A stretch of 64,000 bases of DNA, from the IMG/VR virus record IMGVR_UViG_3300043406_000028, positions 1 through 64,000 of that record. One strand, given 5' to 3'. The notes under the pieces were generated by a model. That model was not told the DNA's origin. It did no database searches and saw nothing but the letters and a program-made list of their open reading frames with translations. This document shows positions 24,689 through 34,418 of this stretch, one piece after another (the stretch's first letter is position 1; each line of letters starts with the position of its first letter). The position numbers and the translations under genes are program-made. Source of the DNA: a virus (taxonomy: Duplodnaviria > Caudoviricetes).

Positions 24689-27192
24689 TGGCCCCACGCT
24701 CTAAAGCTAAGAGGTTAGACAACCCTTATCCTGAGGTTGTGCCGCCTGCTTTGACTTTGGTGAAGAGCGATAGCGACGAGATGGGGGCTGATTCCGTCTC
24801 ATTCGAGGATGGGACTCTAAGGGTCGAGCATCCGGACGGATCGGTGACAATCGATTTGTCTCCGCCGGGAGACCAAGACGATCCCCCTGATGGCGATGAA
24901 TTTGATCGTAACCTTGCTCTCAGCATGTCCGACGATGATCTTGGATCGATTTCAACGGACCTGATCGAAGGAATCGACCGGGATAACGAGTCCCGCAAGA
25001 AGTGGCTGGATACCAGAGCCCTTGGCATCGGTCTTCTTGGCCTTGAGCTTGAGAAGCCGAGGGCCGGGGCCGGGACAGAATCCGCACCCATCGAGGGCAT
25101 GTCTACCGTTCGCCACCCGCTTCTATTGGAAGCCACTGTTTCCTTCCAGGCGACGGCTCGGGCCGAGCTTCTGCCTGCGTCCGGGCCGGTCAAGGTTCGC
25201 AACGATACGCCGACCCCGCCAAAAGAGATTGTCCAGGAAACCTCTGCCCAGCCTCAATTGCTGGAGAGCATGCAATCCAACGATGAGCTTTCCCAGGCCC
25301 TGGAGAAGGACCTCAACCACTATCTGACAGCCGTTGCGACCGAATATGTTCCAGATACGGATCGTATGCTGTTCTACATTGGCTTCGGCGGAGACGGGTT
25401 CAAGAAGGTTTACAACTGCCCACTTCGCCGCAGGCCAGTCTCGGAATCGATTGATGCCGAGGATTTGATCATCTCGAATACCGCGACCGATCTCTGCAAC
25501 TCTGGCCGCGTTACACACCGCATCAAGATGCGCCAATCGACGCTGAAGCGCATGCAGATTCTGGGTGTCTACCGCGATGTGGAATTAAGCCCGCCGACCA
25601 TCAGCAATCCAACCGCAGTTGACAAGAAACTTGAGGCTATCTCCGGTGTTACGGAAAGCAACAAGCTTCCTGAGGATCGTGATTTCGAAGTCTATGAGAC
25701 CTACTGCGAACTCGATATCGACAAGTACGCCCCTGACCAATTCAAGGGTAAGGGATTACCGCTGCCTTATCGCGTGACCATCGAGAAGGAATCAAAGAAG
25801 ATTCTCGATATCCGCCGGAATTGGAAAGAAGAAGATGAGCAATGTCTTGCCAAGCAATTCTTCGTCCAGTTTCCGTTTATCAGAGGTTTGGGCTTCTACG
25901 GGCTTGGATTCATACATCTGCTCGGCAATACAACCAACGCCCTTACCGCCGGATGGCGTGAAGCCCTGGATGCCGGGATGTTCGCCAACTTCCCTGGATT
26001 TATCTACGCTAAGGGCGCTGGGCGTCAGCTAACCAACCAAATCCGTATTCCGCCTGGAGGCGGCTATGGCCTTGATATCGGCGCTGGACAGCGAATCCAG
26101 GACGCCATCATGGGAGTTCCATACAAGGAAGCTGGCGCTGGTTTCATCAACCTCCTTGGTAAGATTGAAGAGGGTGGGCGTCGCCTTGCGTCCACCGCAG
26201 AAGTCAGTGTCGGAGAGGGTAAGCAAGATGCTCCTGTGGGAACCACCCTCGCCCTTATTGAGCAGGCATCGAAGGTCATGGATTCGGCGCATAAGCGCCT
26301 GCATGCCGCCCAGGCTGAGGAATTCAAGTTATTGAAGTGTCGTTTCCAGGAAGACCCTGAGTCCTTCTGGCGTCATAACAAGAAGCCTACCATTAAGTGG
26401 AAGAAGGACCAGTTCCTCGCGGCTTTGGACAACTGCGAGCTTGTCCCGGTAGCAGACCCTAACAACCCGACCAGCCTGCATCGCTTGGCGAAGGGTGCGA
26501 TCATCAAGCAGCTTCAGACAGCAAACCCGGCTCTCTACGATGCAGTAGCTGTCGATATGCGGGTGATGAGAATCTCCGATATCGACCCTGCTGGCCTGAT
26601 GCGTCCGACGCCCGCCCCTGCTCCGCCTGATCCACGCATGGTTGCGATCCAGAAGAAGGCCGAAGCTCAAGAATTGATGAGCAAGATCCAGCTTATGGAA
26701 ACCCAGATCAGGGCAGCAACTGCCGGTGCTCAGATCCAGGACAAGGCCAAGGATCGTGAATCTCGTGAACGCATCGAGCAGATGAAGATCAGGCTTCAGC
26801 AGCTTGATCTTGAACAGTCTCAGATTCAGCACAAGGCCGATGAAGAAAAGATCTATGCTCGCATGATGCACGAGCTAAACACCAAAGCACAGTTGGCGGC
26901 CCACGGTGCCCAGGTCGAGGCTGTCGAGGCTCAGCACGGCCTGCACCTGGATGCCGCTGAGACGGCCCATGGACTTCAGGTCGATAAGGCCAAGACCGAT
27001 CACGAACTCCGCACCAATGCGGAGCGCACCGAGCATGAGAAGGAAATGGCAAGAGAGCGCCATAACGCCGAAATGACTCGCGCCCACGAGAAGCACCAAC
27101 TAGACATGCAGCATGCTAAAGAACTTCATGCTCATAAGCTTGAGGCAGCCAAACAGATGGCTCGCGCCAAGCCTAAGAAAGCAAAGGAATAA
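24688..27192 (+). CDS. Portal protein (P22-like podovirus type) with long His-rich coiled-coil tail
   Basis: Follows TerL; HPLLLEA..FQA.A..EL.P..GPVK, GFYGLG.IHL, GTT.AL.E motifs. Confidence 0.88.
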   Translation: MAPRSKAKRLDNPYPEVVPPALTLVKSDSDEMGADSVSFEDGTLRVEHPDGSVTIDLSPPGDQDDPPDGDEFDRNLALSMSDDDLGSISTDLIEGIDRDNESRKKWLDTRALGIGLLGLELEKPRAGAGTESAPIEGMSTVRHPLLLEATVSFQATARAELLPASGPVKVRNDTPTPPKEIVQETSAQPQLLESMQSNDELSQALEKDLNHYLTAVATEYVPDTDRMLFYIGFGGDGFKKVYNCPLRRRPVSESIDAEDLIISNTATDLCNSGRVTHRIKMRQSTLKRMQILGVYRDVELSPPTISNPTAVDKKLEAISGVTESNKLPEDRDFEVYETYCELDIDKYAPDQFKGKGLPLPYRVTIEKESKKILDIRRNWKEEDEQCLAKQFFVQFPFIRGLGFYGLGFIHLLGNTTNALTAGWREALDAGMFANFPGFIYAKGAGRQLTNQIRIPPGGGYGLDIGAGQRIQDAIMGVPYKEAGAGFINLLGKIEEGGRRLASTAEVSVGEGKQDAPVGTTLALIEQASKVMDSAHKRLHAAQAEEFKLLKCRFQEDPESFWRHNKKPTIKWKKDQFLAALDNCELVPVADPNNPTSLHRLAKGAIIKQLQTANPALYDAVAVDMRVMRISDIDPAGLMRPTPAPAPPDPRMVAIQKKAEAQELMSKIQLMETQIRAATAGAQIQDKAKDRESRERIEQMKIRLQQLDLEQSQIQHKADEEKIYARMMHELNTKAQLAAHGAQVEAVEAQHGLHLDAAETAHGLQVDKAKTDHELRTNAERTEHEKEMARERHNAEMTRAHEKHQLDMQHAKELHAHKLEAAKQMARAKPKKAKE

Positions 27193-27194
27193 CC

Positions 27195-27410
27195 ATGGCA
27201 AAGAACGCAATCATCGGACTTATCGACCAACCCAAGCTGGATGAAATGGGCCGCGTTATGCAGGCCCCTCAGGCCGTCAACGACGAGCATGGCCCTGGTT
27301 ATGACAATGACGTGGGAGCCAACTGGCTTCGTGGCATGGGTAAGGGCGGGGCTTGCGGAAAGCCATCATTCGATTATCAGGCTGCCAATATTAGAAAGGC
27401 TAGGGGATAA
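27195..27410 (+). CDS. Hypothetical protein
   Basis: 71 aa immediately after portal. Confidence 0.55.
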   Translation: MAKNAIIGLIDQPKLDEMGRVMQAPQAVNDEHGPGYDNDVGANWLRGMGKGGACGKPSFDYQAANIRKARG

Positions 27411-27412
27411 CC

Positions 27413-27898
27413 ATGGCAAATCCTTACGCATCCCAGGCTAAGAGCGGCAATGCCGCCAAGATGAAGGCTCTGACCGGCAAGAAGTCGGGTGGGGCTGTTT
27501 ATGCCGGTGAGTCTGCACCAAAGTACGCGCGCGGCGGAAGCGTCGTCGGTGAATTCAAGATCGGCGGCGCGGTATCAGCACCGAACTTCGCTCGGGGTGG
27601 TCGCTCCAAGGGCAAAGGCAAGCACAAGGGCACCCACATCAATATTGCTGTAGTTGCTCCACACAAGGATGCCGCTCCAGAACCAGCGGGAATGCCGCCC
27701 AAGATGCCTGTAGGGCCTATGGCCCCGCCCCCAGGGATGGGTCCTCCAGGCGCTGGTGGCCCTCCAATGCCGCCCCCTCCTGGAATGCCGCCCATGAAGC
27801 GCGGTGGTAAGGTTCCGATGAAGGCTGGGGCCGGAACGGGCCAAGGCCGCAAGGAAAAGATCGCAGCCTACGGACTCGGCCCTAAGAAGGCTGGTTGA
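27413..27898 (+). CDS. Basic Pro/Gly-rich protein with xRGG motifs
   Basis: YARGG, FARGG, MKRGG; poly-Pro segment. Confidence 0.7.
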   Translation: MANPYASQAKSGNAAKMKALTGKKSGGAVYAGESAPKYARGGSVVGEFKIGGAVSAPNFARGGRSKGKGKHKGTHINIAVVAPHKDAAPEPAGMPPKMPVGPMAPPPGMGPPGAGGPPMPPPPGMPPMKRGGKVPMKAGAGTGQGRKEKIAAYGLGPKKAG

Positions 27899-28083
27899 TG
27901 GCGAAAACGCGCTTTCACGCTGAGCTTGAGGCCAGGATCAACATTGCGGTGGAAAATAGAAGCAAATCCATAGCTTCTGGCGCAGCCTCTGACTATGCCC
28001 ATTACAGAGAGAATGTAGGCTATATCCTTGGCCTACAAGAAGCTCTCAAGCTTTGTGATGACATAGAGGCGGAATCCAACTAA
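27898..28083 (+). CDS. Small conserved phage protein
   Basis: DYAHYRENVGYILGL pattern common upstream of phage GroES. Confidence 0.6.
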   Translation: MAKTRFHAELEARINIAVENRSKSIASGAASDYAHYRENVGYILGLQEALKLCDDIEAESN

Positions 28084-28496
28084 TGGCACTTGCATCCTCT
28101 AGCCGCGTTATTGAACTGGTATCGGCTTCGAAGAATCCAAAGCTTGAGATCATCAAGCTGATCGGTGATCTTTCTTCGGTCAGCGTTAAATTCAACATGG
28201 TGTTGCTGGCCACCTACTTTCGCCCAGAGAAGACTGCTGGCGGCATCATCAGGCCGGACGCCAACAAGGCTGAGGATGAATGGCAAGGCAAGGTCGGCCT
28301 CGTGATGAAGCTTGGCCCCATGGCCTACACGGACGATGACGAAACCCAGTTCCAGGGTGAGAAGGTCGAGGTTGGAGAATGGGCGGTCTACAAGATCGGC
28401 GATACCTGGAGCCTAAATATCAATGGCTATCCATGCCGGATGATTCGGGACTCCAGCATCAAGATGACCGTTAAAGACCCGAATATGGTATTTTGA
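28083..28496 (+). CDS. groES: GroES-like co-chaperonin
   Basis: EKTAGGIIRPD mobile-loop motif, G.V.KLGP.AY, VEVGEW.VY, INGYPCRMIRD. Confidence 0.8.
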   Translation: MALASSSRVIELVSASKNPKLEIIKLIGDLSSVSVKFNMVLLATYFRPEKTAGGIIRPDANKAEDEWQGKVGLVMKLGPMAYTDDDETQFQGEKVEVGEWAVYKIGDTWSLNINGYPCRMIRDSSIKMTVKDPNMVF

Positions 28497-28504
28497 GGCT
28501 CGGC

Positions 28505-29470
28505 ATGGCCAAGGCACCAGCAGTACAAGCGAAAGACCCTGAGCAGGCGGACCTGATCGATAAGATCGATGAGACTCCTGTAGAACAAACAGAGAACGAG
28601 ATTACCCAAGATGAAGAGGTAATCGAGGATTCTGAAGTTCCTGAAGATGCCTCGATCAAGCTCCAAGAGCAGATTGCCGCTCTCAAGAAGTCCGAGGAAA
28701 TCCAGAAGAATCGGGCCGAGCGCTACCGGCAGGATGCTGAGAAGGCCCAGCAACTCGTCAAGGATCGAGGGTCCGAGGTCGATAAGGTCCGCAAGGAAGC
28801 AGTTCAATCCCAGCTTGATGCCGTCAGCACGGCTCTTGGCGCGGCCCAATCCGAGTCTGAATCTGCCAAGCGGGATATCAAGACCGCCATCAACAGTGGT
28901 GATGTGGATGCTCAGGCCGAGGCTTATGAGCGCCTTGCCACCGCAAGAGCCAACATCTCAAAGCTTGAGGATGGCAAGTTCGAGCTTGAGGCCCGGATCA
29001 AGAATCCGCCGAAGTCTGAAGAGCCTCCTGTTCAGCAGCAGAATGGGATGCCCCAGAGAATCCAGAACTGGGTCGCCAAGAACGAATCCAGGCTCAGCCC
29101 CAAGCTATGGGATAAAATCAAAGCCAATCACTGGGATATCGTTGACGATGAAGGTATTCCATTCGATTCCGACGAATATATCGAATCCATGGAAACCAGA
29201 ATTGGCTGGCGAAAGGCAGAGACCGAAGATGAGCCAGTTGTCGTTCAGCAACGCCAGCCTCAACAAAGGACTTCCATTGTGAGTGCTCCGGTCAGCCGCG
29301 AGGCTCCATCGACTCCATCAAACGACAGGAATAGCGGTCAGGTCAAACTGACCGTAGCCCAACGCGAGGCCGCAAAGATCGCTGGTGTCAGCGAGAAGGT
29401 CTATGCCGAGCAATTGCAGAAGATCAATAAAGCCAAGGCAAATGGCTCTTACGAGCTTAAAGGAGGCTGA
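28505..29470 (+). CDS. Probable capsid scaffolding protein
   Basis: Acidic N-term, long coiled coil, C-terminal VKLT..QREAAKI.G..EK.YA; position before capsid. Confidence 0.6.
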   Translation: MAKAPAVQAKDPEQADLIDKIDETPVEQTENEITQDEEVIEDSEVPEDASIKLQEQIAALKKSEEIQKNRAERYRQDAEKAQQLVKDRGSEVDKVRKEAVQSQLDAVSTALGAAQSESESAKRDIKTAINSGDVDAQAEAYERLATARANISKLEDGKFELEARIKNPPKSEEPPVQQQNGMPQRIQNWVAKNESRLSPKLWDKIKANHWDIVDDEGIPFDSDEYIESMETRIGWRKAETEDEPVVVQQRQPQQRTSIVSAPVSREAPSTPSNDRNSGQVKLTVAQREAAKIAGVSEKVYAEQLQKINKAKANGSYELKGG

Positions 29471-29472
29471 CC

Positions 29473-30048
29473 ATGAATGATACTCCAGTCGTAAAGCGCC
29501 CTCGTGGTCGTCCACGTAAGAACCCAATTCCAGGCGTGGAGCGTGAGCCGGTGCGCGAAGCCGTAAGCTCGAAGAAATTCAAGATGCGCGCTGCTCCTAA
29601 CTGGGAGACGGTGGACCCTAATGCACAGGATTCTCCTGATCGCCTTAGAATCAATCCGGATCTGATCCCGGCGGGCATGTCGGCCCAGTGGGTGACGGAT
29701 TCCGTCATTGGTCAAGGCGTCCCGCAGCACCGCTCCGAATTCGAGCGCAGGGGCTGGACCCCGGTTCACCAGGATGACTTTGACGGCCAATTCAACGGCA
29801 TGTTCATGCCGAAGGATGCGGAAGGCGAGATCAATGTCGAGGGTCTCGTCCTGATGATGCGTCCCAAGGAGATGACTCTGAAGGCCGAGCGCGAGAATAA
29901 GCGCAAGGCTTATGAGCAGGTGGCAATCAAGGAAGCTGCATTGACCGGCGGTGATTTGCCCGGAGTCAGCCTCGATACCAGCCACCCAAGCGCGAGAAAT
30001 GCAAATCGCATTCGCAAGTCACGCGAGGCATTAGAAATTCCGGAGTGA
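29473..30048 (+). CDS. Conserved head-module protein
   Basis: 191 aa between scaffold and capsid genes. Confidence 0.65.
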   Translation: MNDTPVVKRPRGRPRKNPIPGVEREPVREAVSSKKFKMRAAPNWETVDPNAQDSPDRLRINPDLIPAGMSAQWVTDSVIGQGVPQHRSEFERRGWTPVHQDDFDGQFNGMFMPKDAEGEINVEGLVLMMRPKEMTLKAERENKRKAYEQVAIKEAALTGGDLPGVSLDTSHPSARNANRIRKSREALEIPE

Positions 30049-30189
30049 GCTTGACGGACGGTAGTATTATACTGTAAGGAACAAATATCCGCCTGTATAG
30101 GCGGAGGGGGCGCTCCCCAAAGACTACACCTCACGCGCTGTGTGGCTATTCCGTAGCCGGTCGATTGACCGCTTCAAAGGAAGCTACAC

Positions 30190-30858
30190 ATGGCGAATAC
30201 CAACAACCCATTCGGCTTCAAGCAGTATGGAATGCGCGAAGGTTCCGCGCCCACTGCTGGCTTCGACCGTAAATTCATCTCATCTGGCTACACGAATCCG
30301 GTCTTCACCGGAGACGCTGTGGTTCGCAGCACCACGGCTCCGTACCTTGTATCGGGCGGAAGCTCGCAGGGCACAGGTGGCGTGACTCTTGGTGCTTCCA
30401 TTGCAATCAATGAAGGCATCTTCCTCGGCTGCAAGTATTACAACACCAACGTCTCTCGTACCGTCTGGTCCAGCTATTGGCCCGGCTCCGGCGCGACTGG
30501 TGACGTTGAGGCTTACGTCTGCACCAATCCTGAAGAGCTTTACATCGTCCAGGGCTCTACCGGCGGTGTTCTCGGCTCGTCCGTTATTGGATTTAACATC
30601 CCGCAGACCACCACAGGTTCTACCCAGGGCAGCCAGCTTACTGGGCAGAGCGTGATGACGGTCGTTTCCAGCCTCGTTACCGGCCTGTCTTCTGGCGGCC
30701 AATGGCAGATCGTGGACATCTACTCAAACGTCGCGCCTCCAGGCGTCAACGGCACTTCTACGACCTCTGAAGGCTATCAGATCGTGGTCGTTCAGCCGAA
30801 CAGCGCCATCCGCAAGACCCTGTACGGCGCTCAGGCATTGCAGCCGTTCTCGACCTAA
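30190..30858 (+). CDS. Capsid decoration/minor capsid-like protein
   Basis: MANTNNPFGF start, VFTGD.V, GIFLGCKY; typical gene directly upstream of this capsid type. Confidence 0.65.
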   Translation: MANTNNPFGFKQYGMREGSAPTAGFDRKFISSGYTNPVFTGDAVVRSTTAPYLVSGGSSQGTGGVTLGASIAINEGIFLGCKYYNTNVSRTVWSSYWPGSGATGDVEAYVCTNPEELYIVQGSTGGVLGSSVIGFNIPQTTTGSTQGSQLTGQSVMTVVSSLVTGLSSGGQWQIVDIYSNVAPPGVNGTSTTSEGYQIVVVQPNSAIRKTLYGAQALQPFST

Positions 30859-30950
30859 TAGGGAAGCTTTACGACTTCTGGCGGTACTAACACGGCAGCG
30901 AGGGTTGCCATACCGCCAGAAGAATAGACTAGGGATAAGGATATACGGCG

Positions 30951-31865
30951 ATGCCCGTCGCACTTGGACAAATTCGCGATCTTCTGCTCCCTGGCCTGTG
31001 GGGTATCTCAGGCAAGTACGCCATGATCGAGCGTCAGTGGCCTAAGGTCTTCAGGCAGACTGATTCCAACATGGCTCTGGAACGTCGCGCTGCAATGCGC
31101 TACCTGGGCTTCGCTCAGCTAAAGACGGAAGGCGCACCGACCGCGTTCGATAACAACGCCGGTCAGCGCTACGTCTACAACGCCGAGCATTTTGAGATCG
31201 GCCTTGGCTATGCGATCACCCGCAAGGCCATCGACGACAACCTCTACAAGTCAGAGTTTGGCCCGTCCAATGACGGCCTGATGGAATCCTTCAAGGAAAC
31301 CGAAGAGATCTACGCCGCCAACGTCTTCAACGCTGGAACCACCTACGTTACGGCAGTCCAGGGTGACGGCGTGGCGCTGTTCAGCACCGCTCACCCGACC
31401 GATGCGGGCACCATCGGCAACCGTCCATCTCCGGACGTTGACCTGAACGAAACCTCTCTTCTGAATGCCTTGATCGCCATCCGCTCGACCTGGACCGACA
31501 ACGCCGGTCTGAAGATCCATGCACGTGGCCGCAAGGTCATGGTGCCGCCGAATCTTGAGCCGATTGCGCTTCGTCTGTTCCGCTCGGAGCTTCGCCCCGG
31601 CACCGCCAACAACGATGTGAACGCCATCCTTGGCATGAACGATTCCTTGAAGGAAGGGTTCATGGTATGGGATTACCTCACCTCGTCTTACGCTTGGTTC
31701 ATTGCGACCAACCACGATGGCCTGATCTTCTTCAATCGTAAGCCATTCGAGATGGATATGTCGGTTGAGTTCACGACCGACAACCTGTTGGTCAAGGGCT
31801 ACCAGCGGTATGTGCCGACCTACTACGACTGGCGTTCAGTCTACGGTACGTTCCCGACTTCTTAA
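30951..31865 (+). CDS. Major capsid protein
   Basis: LLPGL..I, KTEGAP..FD, GLGYAIT..AI.DNLY, DGVALFSTAHP, DLNETSL, VPP.LE. Confidence 0.85.
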   Translation: MPVALGQIRDLLLPGLWGISGKYAMIERQWPKVFRQTDSNMALERRAAMRYLGFAQLKTEGAPTAFDNNAGQRYVYNAEHFEIGLGYAITRKAIDDNLYKSEFGPSNDGLMESFKETEEIYAANVFNAGTTYVTAVQGDGVALFSTAHPTDAGTIGNRPSPDVDLNETSLLNALIAIRSTWTDNAGLKIHARGRKVMVPPNLEPIALRLFRSELRPGTANNDVNAILGMNDSLKEGFMVWDYLTSSYAWFIATNHDGLIFFNRKPFEMDMSVEFTTDNLLVKGYQRYVPTYYDWRSVYGTFPTS

Positions 31866-31886
31866 TAAGGACTTAGGAGCCTAATA

Positions 31887-32900
31887 ATGGGCATTACCGC
31901 AGTCTCCGGTCCATTCCTTGGGTTTGGCATCACCCAGACCTCATCGGGTCTGGTTGGTGAATACAATGAAGAGCGCGGCCCAAGCCTGTTTGACTTGGGT
32001 GACGCGATTATGGACCCGCGCCCGCAGTTCAACTACAAGCCAGGGAATCCTCCTGGAACCCAGATCAAGGGGTTCTTCACTCGCGCCCCTGTGGTTGACT
32101 GCCAGCCCTTCACCATGAATGCCAGTGCTATCGTCGGCTCGACCTCGAACGCCCCTGTGGCTGGTACTGCCCTGACTCTGGTTCCGCTATCGAGCTTTGG
32201 TGCAATCCAGACGACGATCACTGCGCCAGAGACTGGCTTGAGCGTCAGCGTCATCGCGCTGGACAGCACTGCCGCCTGCTATCTGTATGGGCAGTCCGGG
32301 ACGATTGCGATCTGGAATCCTCAGGCAGTTCCTGGCCGCACCATCTCCGTCATCAACAGCAGCAACGCCAATACTGAGCTTTACTATGTAAATGGCCGCG
32401 ATCAGTACGGCTTCAAGATGACGGAACTGATTGCCGCGTCTACCACTTCGACCGGCACCGGAATCGGTCTGAAAGCCTTCAAGTACATCACCTCGGTTAT
32501 TCCGGCCACCAACACGACCATCAGCGCCACTGGCGTCAAGGTTGGATTCCGGGATACCTTCGGATTCCCGTTCAAGACCGATTATTTTGCGGCTACGACG
32601 CTTACGGTCTCATCTCTTCCGATGGTTCCGACGCTGATGGTGCTGAGCAGCGCCAATGCGGTTCCCGCCTCAACTGCGGCAACCCAGACTTCAACCACGC
32701 CTGATGTTCGTGGCACGTTTACTTCGACCATCGCCACAAACGGTTCGACCTTGACCGGCGTAGGGGCATCTTCTCTTGGATCGCAATCTTCTGCGGTTCG
32801 CGTCACCCTTACGCAGGCGATTAGCCCTTATATGGTAAACACCGTTACGGCCTCGGATCAGACCTATATCTTCGGCCCAACGCAGTACAGCAACTTCTAA
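31887..32900 (+). CDS. Ser/Thr-rich virion structural protein
   Basis: 337 aa following capsid; G.DQYG..MTE.I, G.KAFKYI.SV, VGF.D.FG.P. Confidence 0.7.
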   Translation: MGITAVSGPFLGFGITQTSSGLVGEYNEERGPSLFDLGDAIMDPRPQFNYKPGNPPGTQIKGFFTRAPVVDCQPFTMNASAIVGSTSNAPVAGTALTLVPLSSFGAIQTTITAPETGLSVSVIALDSTAACYLYGQSGTIAIWNPQAVPGRTISVINSSNANTELYYVNGRDQYGFKMTELIAASTTSTGTGIGLKAFKYITSVIPATNTTISATGVKVGFRDTFGFPFKTDYFAATTLTVSSLPMVPTLMVLSSANAVPASTAATQTSTTPDVRGTFTSTIATNGSTLTGVGASSLGSQSSAVRVTLTQAISPYMVNTVTASDQTYIFGPTQYSNF

Positions 32901-32911
32901 GGAGAATAACG

Positions 32912-33166
32912 ATGGCCCATCGCCATAAGGTTCAGAAGTTCAATGTCGGCGGGGCTGCTGTCGCCTACGGCAACCAGGATGTGATCTCCGCTGCCAAGAA
33001 GGGCGGAACCAACCCAGGGATCAAACCCATCCAGAAGAAGGATGGCGGCAAGGTCGAGGGTAGGGCCTCTGGAGGCCGCCTTGATAAGCGGGCTCGCGGC
33101 GGCAAGATCGGCAAGTTCGCTCGTGGCGGCTCGCCCTTCTCAAGCGCATCCAAGGTAAAGGGGTAG
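32912..33166 (+). CDS. Small basic xxGG-repeat protein
   Basis: KFNVGG, KKDGG, ASGG, RARGG, FARGG in 84 aa; AGGAGA SD. Confidence 0.7.
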   Translation: MAHRHKVQKFNVGGAAVAYGNQDVISAAKKGGTNPGIKPIQKKDGGKVEGRASGGRLDKRARGGKIGKFARGGSPFSSASKVKG

Positions 33167-33214
33167 ACGGTCCTGCTGAATACGCATCCGGCGGTGGGAC
33201 CGGACACTGGATGC
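33157..33214 (+). other. Candidate -1 programmed frameshift signal (slippery heptamer + pseudoknot)
   Basis: A AAG GGG at 33157-33163 directly before TAG; stems cggtcc/ggaccg and gcatcc/ggatgc. Confidence 0.5.
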
Positions 33215-33369
33215 AACATGCCGTGAAGCACAAAGGCGCGCTTCGTCAGGCGGCTTCCAGGGCGGGAATGTCTACTTCTGAATTTGCTCACGCTCACAAG
33301 AATGATTCTGGCCCGATAGGTAGAAGAGCAAGATTAGCCTTAACATTCGCTAAATTCCGACCAGGATGA
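33211..33369 (+). CDS. Small basic conserved peptide (-1 frame of upstream gene; not in ORF track)
   Basis: Hand translation MQHAVKHKGALRQAASRAGMSTSEFAHAHKNDSGPIGRRARLALTFAKFRPG; frame is open back past the slippery site. Confidence 0.6.
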   Translation: MQHAVKHKGALRQAASRAGMSTSEFAHAHKNDSGPIGRRARLALTFAKFRPG

Positions 33370-33435
33370 TACACTGCCGCCATGGAAATCATCCTACGCA
33401 AGATGGACCTATTCACTTGTCAGGCGGTGGCATAA

Positions 33436-33813
33436 ATGCCCTCGAACCCATACAGGATTCAGATTACCGCGTCGTCATCGACAGGCGGCTACGGGTTCTA
33501 CGCGGCTGATTACGCCGTTAGACCATTCAATATTGGTATTGGTTGCGTTGTTTCGACTGCGATGACCGCCAGCACGGGGACCTATAGTATCCAGCATACG
33601 TTCGATTATACTGGGTCCAGTGCGTTTATCTCGTCAAATGCTACTTGGTTTGAGAATTCTGGCATATCGTCCAAGGTAGCAAACCAGGATGGTAACTACG
33701 CCTATAGCGTCACAGCGATTCGGCTAAACGTAACATCTACGTCCACGCAAGGCGCGACCGGCAGCACGTCGCAGCCTTACTTGGTAAGCGCAACAATCAT
33801 ACAGGCTGGCTAA
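33436..33813 (+). CDS. Ser/Thr-rich structural protein
   Basis: GTYSIQHTFD...W...AIRLNV pattern of small beta-sandwich virion proteins. Confidence 0.65.
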   Translation: MPSNPYRIQITASSSTGGYGFYAADYAVRPFNIGIGCVVSTAMTASTGTYSIQHTFDYTGSSAFISSNATWFENSGISSKVANQDGNYAYSVTAIRLNVTSTSTQGATGSTSQPYLVSATIIQAG

Positions 33814-34412
33814 TGGGCGTTTCCACAGGCGGTGGACCTGATCTGGATCTAGCGGCGGTTGTCGCTGGCGGGGATGCTTTCGTGCAGCGTATCGCCGAAA
33901 TGAAGTCCGCCAAGGACTCCATGGATGCCTCCCTGGCCCAACTGAACCTCGGCAAGAGCGCGGTAGAGGCCAACAACAAGGCCCAGGCGATTCTGGAAGA
34001 GGCCAAGGCCAAGCGCGATGTGGATATGGCGGCCCTGGATATTGAGTTAAAGGCCGCCAGAGATAACCTCGCCAAAGTTGCCGAGCAGACCAAAGATCTG
34101 AAGCAGCAGGCAGCAGATGCCTATGCCCAGGCCCAGGACTTGAAGTCAGCCGCCGAAGCAGACCGCGCTCAGGCCAGGAAAGAACTGACTGGCGCAGGCA
34201 ATCTTGCTGCGAAGCAGATTTCCGATGCCAGGGCCGAAGCAGCCAAGATCGTATCGGATGCCATGGATTCCTCGGCTAAGCTGAATGCCGAAGTTCTGGC
34301 CCTCAAGGGCCAATTGTCAGCCGCGACGGAATCAGCAAGGGCGGCAGAGGCCAAGTTCAAGGCCAAACTCCAGATCCTCAACAGCGCGACTTCCGCAGCA
34401 TTGACGGAGTAA
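33813..34412 (+). CDS. Ala-rich coiled-coil protein
   Basis: 199 aa heptad-rich sequence. Confidence 0.7.
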   Translation: MGVSTGGGPDLDLAAVVAGGDAFVQRIAEMKSAKDSMDASLAQLNLGKSAVEANNKAQAILEEAKAKRDVDMAALDIELKAARDNLAKVAEQTKDLKQQAADAYAQAQDLKSAAEADRAQARKELTGAGNLAAKQISDARAEAAKIVSDAMDSSAKLNAEVLALKGQLSAATESARAAEAKFKAKLQILNSATSAALTE

Positions 34413-34418
34413 CCGTCA

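Noticed and set aside
30051-30078. sigma70 promoter before the capsid module
   Set aside because: TTGACG is present but TATACT is only 11 bp away; spacing is not credible
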